Positions 58,191-64,000 of a stretch of DNA of 64,000 bases are shown here, one piece after another. Below the pieces are notes generated by a model, which saw only the letters and a list, made by a program, of their open reading frames with translations, was not told the origin of the DNA and ran no database searches. Origin of the DNA: Candidatus Aegiribacteria sp. (lineage in GTDB: Bacteria; Fermentibacterota; Fermentibacteria; Fermentibacterales; JCC-6); contig WTBT01000012.1 of the NCBI GenBank assembly GCA_013138965.1, forward strand, positions 3,497 through 67,496. Direction: 5' to 3'. How positions within the stretch are numbered: position 1 is the first letter of the stretch; each line of letters opens with the position of its first letter. A program made the translations under genes and the position numbers.

Positions 58191-58968
58191 ACCACAGGAC
58201 AAACTCATCTCTGCCATTATCGATCTTGTTCAGATCGTTAGAAAACTCCGAAGTCCTTCCGGCTGCAGCTGGGACAGGGAACAGACCGTTGAATCGCTCA
58301 GCCCCTTCATGCTCGAAGAAGCCTACGAAGTTGCCGATGCGATTGAAAAGGATGACATGAAGCTTCTCAGGACTGAACTGGGCGACCTTCTTCTTCATGT
58401 TATTATGTCAGCTGAGATATGCGAAGAGCGGAATGAATTTTCACTGAAGGATGTTGTTGAAGGTATATCTGAAAAACTTATCAGGCGACATCCTCACGTG
58501 TTCAAGCAGCAAAGCGGTCTTTCAGCCGCGGAGGTGGAAAAGCAGTGGGAGGCTATAAAGGCGCAGGAGAAGAAGGATGAGGGCTTCTTTGGTTCCATTC
58601 CACCGGTTATGCCTGCTCTTCAGACCGCATGGAGGATCCAGCAGAGAGCTTCAGAAGTGGGATTTGACTGGCCTGACGCCCGGGGTGCCCTGAGCAAGAT
58701 TTTCGAAGAGATTCGCGAATTTGAGGCTTCATGTGAAAGTGGCGATACTGAAGCTCAGAATGCTGAGCTCGGCGATGTTTATTTCAGTATGGTGAATTAC
58801 TGCAGACTGCTTGGTTTCGAACCGGAAGCTGTATTAAGGGCCAATAACCGCAAATTTATTAAGAGGTTCACCAGAATGGAGCGAATACTCAAGGAAGCAG
58901 GTATTTCCCTTAATGAAGCCGACATGAACATGATGGAGAATGCCTGGCAGAGAGCCAAACTTGAATAA
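58183..58968 (+). CDS. mazG: Nucleoside triphosphate pyrophosphohydrolase MazG
   Basis: Two MazG domains (EEAYEVADAIEKDD...ELGDLLLHV and EEIREFEA...ELGDVYFSMV). The start overlaps the lpdA stop. Confidence 0.8.
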   Translation: MAEPQDKLISAIIDLVQIVRKLRSPSGCSWDREQTVESLSPFMLEEAYEVADAIEKDDMKLLRTELGDLLLHVIMSAEICEERNEFSLKDVVEGISEKLIRRHPHVFKQQSGLSAAEVEKQWEAIKAQEKKDEGFFGSIPPVMPALQTAWRIQQRASEVGFDWPDARGALSKIFEEIREFEASCESGDTEAQNAELGDVYFSMVNYCRLLGFEPEAVLRANNRKFIKRFTRMERILKEAGISLNEADMNMMENAWQRAKLE

Positions 58969-58969
58969 T

Positions 58970-60250
58970 CTAACCCTTGCTTCTCTTGTGTTCGTACATT
59001 CTGCGGTCCGCCTCGGACAGTGTCTCGTGAATTGAAATCGCGGATTTGGAATTCCAGTGGGAATGACCGATCGAAAGGGTCACCGGTGAACCGATGATGT
59101 GAGTAGTATTTTCAGCAAGCTTGACACCATTGATAAGCCTGTCTCTGACTAATGATGCCGTCTGTCCGGTTTCTATCAGTATCATGAGAAACTCGTCTCC
59201 TCCGTAGCGGATGAGATAGTCGCTTTCCCTGATGGATTCAATAAGGTATGAAGCCACTTCCCTGAGGATTTTATCCCCGGTCAGATGACCGTAAAGGTCG
59301 TTGATCTCCTTGAAATTGTCAATATCGATCATAAGAAAACCGATACTGGTGCTGTACCTCTCAGCTCTGATTTTTTCGCGGTTCATGGCTGTCTGGAAAA
59401 AGTTGCGGTTGAATACGCCGGTAAGGGGGTCGTGAATGGCCAGATTTCTGAGTTTTCTTTGTAGAGTGATCCTCTCCACCGTTCCTGTAAGATGCCCGGC
59501 AAGCATTTCAAGAATATTGGTATCGTCATTCGTGAAGGCGTCCGGTTCATTTGAGACGCATTGAAAAACAGCATTGGAGCCGATTGGTATTGAAACCCCG
59601 GATCTGAAAGTTTCGTTTTCCGGGTTTATTGCAGGTATCTCGTCATGACTTTTGAATTGAAATGTGCGTTTTTTCGCAAATGCCATTCCGATAAGACCGA
59701 AATCCGGGTTCGTCTTGTTTCCGATGCGATCATTCAGTTCAGGTGATGTAGCTACAACAGTAAGTATTCCATCTTTCTCAGTGACTATCTGGCACATCAT
59801 ATCAGGGAGAAGTATCTTGGTTGAATCTATGGCGATTTGGAAGGCATTTTTTTTCATCGTGCATGTTTCAAGTTTCGATCCTGCGTCATGGAGTATTCTA
59901 AGTCTGCGCCTGGCAAGTCGCAGCTGCCAGTCCATCTGCTTTCTCTCAATGGAATGTCGGATCGCTCTCCAGATGGAATCCGGTTCGAGCTTTCCCTTCA
60001 CCAGGAAATCCTGGGCTCCCGCCTTCAGGGCGTTGAGCTCGATTTTTTCGTCATCGATTTCCGTAAGAACGATAAGGGGGACTTTCATGGCATAGCGACA
60101 GATCTGCAGCGCGGTTTCGTCGCCGGAACTGTCGGGAAGATCCAGGTCTGCTACGATAACATCGAAGTCATGCTCCCTGATCCTGTCCAGTGCGGAAGCC
60201 AGGTTATCCGCCCTCTCAATGCGGAACTCTTCAGATGATATATCATTCAA
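58970..60250 (-). CDS. Response regulator with GAF and GGDEF (diguanylate cyclase) domains
   Basis: REC (DVIVADLDLPD, K in FLVKGK), a central GAF-like domain, and GGDEF (RYGGDEF) with the I-site RxxD. The first canonical start (TTG at 60250) truncates the REC beta1 strand. Confidence 0.75.
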   Translation of the reverse strand: MNDISSEEFRIERADNLASALDRIREHDFDVIVADLDLPDSSGDETALQICRYAMKVPLIVLTEIDDEKIELNALKAGAQDFLVKGKLEPDSIWRAIRHSIERKQMDWQLRLARRRLRILHDAGSKLETCTMKKNAFQIAIDSTKILLPDMMCQIVTEKDGILTVVATSPELNDRIGNKTNPDFGLIGMAFAKKRTFQFKSHDEIPAINPENETFRSGVSIPIGSNAVFQCVSNEPDAFTNDDTNILEMLAGHLTGTVERITLQRKLRNLAIHDPLTGVFNRNFFQTAMNREKIRAERYSTSIGFLMIDIDNFKEINDLYGHLTGDKILREVASYLIESIRESDYLIRYGGDEFLMILIETGQTASLVRDRLINGVKLAENTTHIIGSPVTLSIGHSHWNSKSAISIHETLSEADRRMYEHKRSKG

Positions 60251-60584
60251 AACGATGCGGAAATTTCTTGCATCCTCAAGGTTGTTTTCGATCAGAAGAA
60301 TCTCAAGTGAAGATTTGATGGCAAACCTTTCGTTTCAGTTCTTTCATTCAGCAAAGATTTTAAAGACATTCATAATAGAGAGTAGAGAAGTGTTTGCGTC
60401 AAGATTGAATATAACCCGCATCGAAATTTGTATCTGTGAAGGATGCAGGTTAATCCTGAAAAGGATATCCATTTCATGTGCTGATCCGGATGATGTATTG
60501 ATTCATATTGACTTCAGCACGTTCAGATACAATTTTGTAATGAAGAATACGTTATAGCCCTGTCCCACCTGGTGGATTGGAAAA

Positions 60585-61496
60585 ATGCAGATTACATATA
60601 TTTTCACGTTCTTAACGATCATAACGTCCAGCCCGTTATGCAATCCCAATGGGCTTGATCACGGCGATACACTTTCAAGAATAACACTGCCCGAAGGATT
60701 CTATGCAACGGTATACAGCAGAGGGATCGACGGGGTTGACGGACTTGCCTTCTCCTCTTCGGGGTACCTGTATGCCGCTTCAGAAGTGAATGGAGCCGTC
60801 TACAGGATAGATGAACATGGAAATGCGGTCATGGTGGCTGACAGCCTGGATAATCCCGAAGGTCTGGCCGTTGACACCTCAGGACTGGTTTACGTTACCG
60901 AGGACGCGGAATACGGACGTCTGATGGCAATCAAGCCTTCAGGAGAGATGGAAATCCTCTTCGACAGCCTTCAATATCCTGAAGGAGTAACATTGATCGA
61001 AGAAGGCATCTTTGCTGTTACCGAATCCAGTCTGGAAGCATCGATTATCCCTCCTATACTGACCGGTGTTCGCATGATTGACATGAATGGCTCGTGCCCG
61101 CTTTTCTCTTCGCTTTATCTATGGAGCTGCTCAGATCTTGTTGCTGACAGCAGCGGTGCTCTCTACGTGTGCAATGAGCTTTCCGGCTACGGCTTTATTC
61201 AGGCTTCTCTATTGCGTATCGATCCTTATTCCGGGGAATGGGAGGTTTTATGCAGCGGCCTCCGTTCCTGCGAAGGCATCTGCTTCAGCTTTGATGGCTA
61301 TTTTCCTCTGTACGTTGCTGAAGAAGACACCGGAACAGGTTCGGGCAGGCTTTCCATGGTGGATGAAGACGGTACTGTGACTTTATTTGCCGAAGGCTTT
61401 TACAACATTGAAGATGTTGCGGTGGATTCCTCCGGGGGTGTCTATGTAAGTGAGGATACTACCGGTATGATCATTCTAATCAGGGGGAAAGACTGA
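60585..61496 (+). CDS. Secreted beta-propeller protein (NHL/SMP-30-like repeats)
   Basis: Signal peptide, then repeated motifs (GLVYVTEDAEYG, GALYVCNELSG, GGVYVSEDTTG). Confidence 0.45.
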   Translation: MQITYIFTFLTIITSSPLCNPNGLDHGDTLSRITLPEGFYATVYSRGIDGVDGLAFSSSGYLYAASEVNGAVYRIDEHGNAVMVADSLDNPEGLAVDTSGLVYVTEDAEYGRLMAIKPSGEMEILFDSLQYPEGVTLIEEGIFAVTESSLEASIIPPILTGVRMIDMNGSCPLFSSLYLWSCSDLVADSSGALYVCNELSGYGFIQASLLRIDPYSGEWEVLCSGLRSCEGICFSFDGYFPLYVAEEDTGTGSGRLSMVDEDGTVTLFAEGFYNIEDVAVDSSGGVYVSEDTTGMIILIRGKD

Positions 61497-61536
61497 TCAG
61501 ACAGATATATTTATTCCTGGAATCAAGGGGGGTCAA

Positions 61537-63069
61537 TTGTCCAGACTTGATGATTTGAGATCTGAAGCGCTTTCAGGCGGTGGCAAGAACAGGATCAGGA
61601 AAAGGCATGAGGATGGCAAGCTGACAGCAAGAGAACGTCTTCATCTGCTCCTTGATCCGGAGACGTTCAATGAAATGGGCATGCTGGTCACCCACAACTG
61701 CAATGATTTCGGCATGGGGGGAAAGAAGATCCCCGGAGACGGCGTAGTAACAGGTTACGGAAAAATCCACGACCGGCCGGTTTACGTTTATGCGGAGGAC
61801 TTCACCATCTTTGGAGGTTCGCTTTCAAAGGCCGTAGCGGACAAAATATCACGGCTGCAGGATCTTTCTCTGAAGAACGGTGTTCCGATAATCGCCATAA
61901 AGGATTCCGGAGGAGCAAGGATCCAGGAGGGAGTCAACTCCCTGGCGGGTTATGGGGATATTTTTTTCAGAAACGTTAAAGCTTCCGGCGTTGTGCCCCA
62001 GATATCTGCCATCATGGGGCCATGCGCGGGCGGAGCTGTCTATTCCCCTGCCCTGACCGATTTCGTTTTCATGGTCGATCAGACCGGTTACATGTTCCTG
62101 ACGGGACCTGACGTGATAAAAGAAGTCACCCATGAGGATGTAACTTTCGAGGAACTCGGCGGTGCTGCCGTTCACAGCAGTAAAAGCGGCGTCTCCCACT
62201 TTGCCGTCAGCTCCGAGGAGAAATGCCTGGCGATGATAAGGGAACTCATGACATATCTGCCTCAGAACAACATGAGCGATCCACCCATGATGCAATGTAC
62301 TGACTCTGTGGAAAGAAGTGATGAATCACTGGATACGGTGGTGCCGGCGGATTCGTCAATGCCCTACGATATGAAACTGGTAATACAGTCAGTTATCGAT
62401 GACGGAAAGCTCTTTCAGGTTCATGAAGACCACGCTCCCAACATGATAGTGGGATTCGCAAGAATGGATGGAAAACCAGTGGGTATAGTGGCAAATCAAC
62501 CTGCTGTGCTTGCAGGTGTACTGGATACCCTTTCTTCTGCCAAAGCTGCAAGGTTCATAAGGTTCTGCGATTGTTTCAACATACCCTTACTTGTGTTTGA
62601 GGATGCGCCGGGTTTTCTGCCGGGGGTTGAGCAGGAGCATGCGGGGGTTATCAAGGAGGGGGCAAAACTCCTTTACGCTTTCTGCGAAGCCACCGTACCC
62701 CGGATCACCGTTGTAACCAGAAAAGCGTTCGGCGGAGCTTACATAGCGATGAATTCCAAGAATATAGGCGCTGATATGAATTTCGCCTGGCCTTCGGCGC
62801 AGATCGCAGTGATGGGAGCCAGGGGGGCTGTAAAGATCCTGTACAAAAGGGAGATCGCAAAGGATGAAGACCCTGAATCTCAGCGACAGCTTCTCATCGA
62901 TGAATATGACGAAATGTTCAGCAATCCCTGGGTGCCTGCAGGGATGGGATATATAGATGAGGTCATCAAACCTCACGAGACAAGATTCAAAGTGATCTCC
63001 TCGCTGAGAATCCTGGATGGCAAACGCGAGACCATGCCTCCAAGGAAGCACGGAAACGGACCATTATGA
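61537..63069 (+). CDS. Acyl-CoA carboxylase carboxyltransferase subunit (propionyl-CoA carboxylase beta / methylmalonyl-CoA carboxyltransferase 12S-like)
   Basis: 510 aa. GGGKNRIRKRHEDGKLTARERL...FTIFGGSLS...PVGIVANQP are typical of the PccB/AccD5 family. Confidence 0.9.
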   Translation: MSRLDDLRSEALSGGGKNRIRKRHEDGKLTARERLHLLLDPETFNEMGMLVTHNCNDFGMGGKKIPGDGVVTGYGKIHDRPVYVYAEDFTIFGGSLSKAVADKISRLQDLSLKNGVPIIAIKDSGGARIQEGVNSLAGYGDIFFRNVKASGVVPQISAIMGPCAGGAVYSPALTDFVFMVDQTGYMFLTGPDVIKEVTHEDVTFEELGGAAVHSSKSGVSHFAVSSEEKCLAMIRELMTYLPQNNMSDPPMMQCTDSVERSDESLDTVVPADSSMPYDMKLVIQSVIDDGKLFQVHEDHAPNMIVGFARMDGKPVGIVANQPAVLAGVLDTLSSAKAARFIRFCDCFNIPLLVFEDAPGFLPGVEQEHAGVIKEGAKLLYAFCEATVPRITVVTRKAFGGAYIAMNSKNIGADMNFAWPSAQIAVMGARGAVKILYKREIAKDEDPESQRQLLIDEYDEMFSNPWVPAGMGYIDEVIKPHETRFKVISSLRILDGKRETMPPRKHGNGPL

Positions 63070-64000
63070 ACCGCATCAGTAAAATCCTTATAGCGAACAG
63101 AGGTGAGATAGCTGTCAGAATAGCACGCGCCTGTCATGAAACGGCGATAACTTCAGTCGCTGTTTTTTCAGAGGCTGACAGATCAGCCAAGCACGTAAGG
63201 TATGCGGACGAAGCCTACGAAATAGGTCCTGCTCCCTCAGTAGAAAGCTATCTGGTAATTGACAGGATTATCGAGACCGCTGTTAGATCCGGCTGTCAGG
63301 CGATCCATCCCGGTTACGGATTTCTTGCCGAAAATCCTGCCCTGCCTGCGGCCTGTGCTGCGGAAGGACTTATTTTCATCGGTCCTGACGCGGATTCAAT
63401 GGCGCTTCTCGGAAACAAGACGGAAGCGCGAAAGGTGATGGAGAAGGCCGGGATACCCATAATACCCGGAGCAATGGAACCCCTGAAGTCCGAAGCGGAA
63501 GCTCTGGTTGCTGCAGCGGAAGCAGGATACCCCGTTCTCCTTAAGGCCGCCGCAGGAGGCGGAGGAAAGGGTGTTCGTGTTGTTCATTCGGAAGATGAAC
63601 TGCCGTCCGCCTTCATAAGGGCTGGTGCCGAAGCTCTCTCCGCATTCGGCAATCCAGATGTTTTTCTGGAGAAGTACCTGATCGAACCGAGACATGTTGA
63701 AATACAGATTCTCGCTGACAACTACGGTAATGTTATACATCTCAACGAGAGGGAATGCTCGGTTCAGAGACGTTATCAGAAACTCATTGAGGAATCCCCC
63801 TGCTGCATGCTCGACGAAGCAATGAGAGAGAGAATGGGCAAAGCTGCGATTACCGCCGTCAAAGCTTCAGGGTATACGAACGCAGGTACGGTGGAATTTC
63901 TTGTTGATTCGTCCGGGGATTTTTTCTTCCTCGAGGTTAACACCAGGCTTCAGGTTGAACACCCGGTAACCGAGATGATAACGGGGATAGACCTGGTCAA
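63066..64000 (+). CDS. Biotin carboxylase subunit of acetyl/propionyl-CoA carboxylase (5' partial; continues beyond the window)
   Basis: MNRISKILIANRGEIAVRIARACHE...LLKAAAGGGGKGVRVV...YLIEPRHVEIQ. The ATG overlaps the preceding stop (ATGA) and there is no stop before the window end. Confidence 0.85.
   Translation, partial: MNRISKILIANRGEIAVRIARACHETAITSVAVFSEADRSAKHVRYADEAYEIGPAPSVESYLVIDRIIETAVRSGCQAIHPGYGFLAENPALPAACAAEGLIFIGPDADSMALLGNKTEARKVMEKAGIPIIPGAMEPLKSEAEALVAAAEAGYPVLLKAAAGGGGKGVRVVHSEDELPSAFIRAGAEALSAFGNPDVFLEKYLIEPRHVEIQILADNYGNVIHLNERECSVQRRYQKLIEESPCCMLDEAMRERMGKAAITAVKASGYTNAGTVEFLVDSSGDFFFLEVNTRLQVEHPVTEMITGIDLV

Overview
This is a 64-kb chromosomal segment (about 50-53% GC) from an uncultured-type, diderm-looking bacterium. 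Most of it is housekeeping genes on the + strand, in recognisable conserved blocks. Block 1 (1.8-9.4 kb): tRNA-Ala, a Bacillus-type long SRP RNA immediately upstream of dnaX-ybaB-recR, then pgsA-pgpA-cinA(C-domain)-thpR-recA-recX. Block 2 (11.3-19 kb): rplM-rpsI, then rpsB-tsf-pyrH-frr-uppS-cdsA-dxr-rseP. Block 3 (19.4-25.4 kb): an Omp85-family protein fused to a protease-like and beta-propeller domain, and a lipoprotein cluster (FGE-sulfatase-domain protein, LpoB-like, TPR-like). Block 4 (25.4-32 kb): deoC, pcrA, transaldolase, split transketolase, a 2-hydroxyacid dehydrogenase. Block 5 (32-38.2 kb): a four-gene operon of unrecognisable membrane proteins, tRNA-Phe, and a GT4 glycosyltransferase with two GNAT genes. 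The remainder of the window, 38.3-64 kb: Block 6 (38.3-47.2 kb, - strand): rlmD, tgt, a repeat-bearing membrane protein, queA, a large multi-GAF histidine kinase. Block 7 (47.2-64 kb): a PtsN-like EIIA, guaB, a CarD-like regulator, hflX, a UPF0104 membrane protein, lpdA, mazG, a REC-GAF-GGDEF regulator, and an acyl-CoA carboxylase (beta subunit plus the start of the biotin carboxylase). Findings worth a second look. (1) The uncharacterised four-gene membrane operon at 31988-35566. (2) The protease-like + PD40 + Omp85 fusion sitting in the bamA syntenic slot after rseP. (3) A low-GC islet at 54.6-55.7 kb carrying an overlapping small-ORF + nucleotidyltransferase pair next to a transposase-like remnant. 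(4) A dispersed roughly 25-31 nt repeat family (GGGTCAGGTCTTGCATT[T/C]GAGCATT) with six copies, including a composite hairpin next to tRNA-Phe and a copy inside the 5' end of the transketolase ORF. (5) A roughly 100-nt leader duplicated upstream of ORF1 and of dnaX. No CRISPR array, rRNA, integrase or intact IS element was seen.
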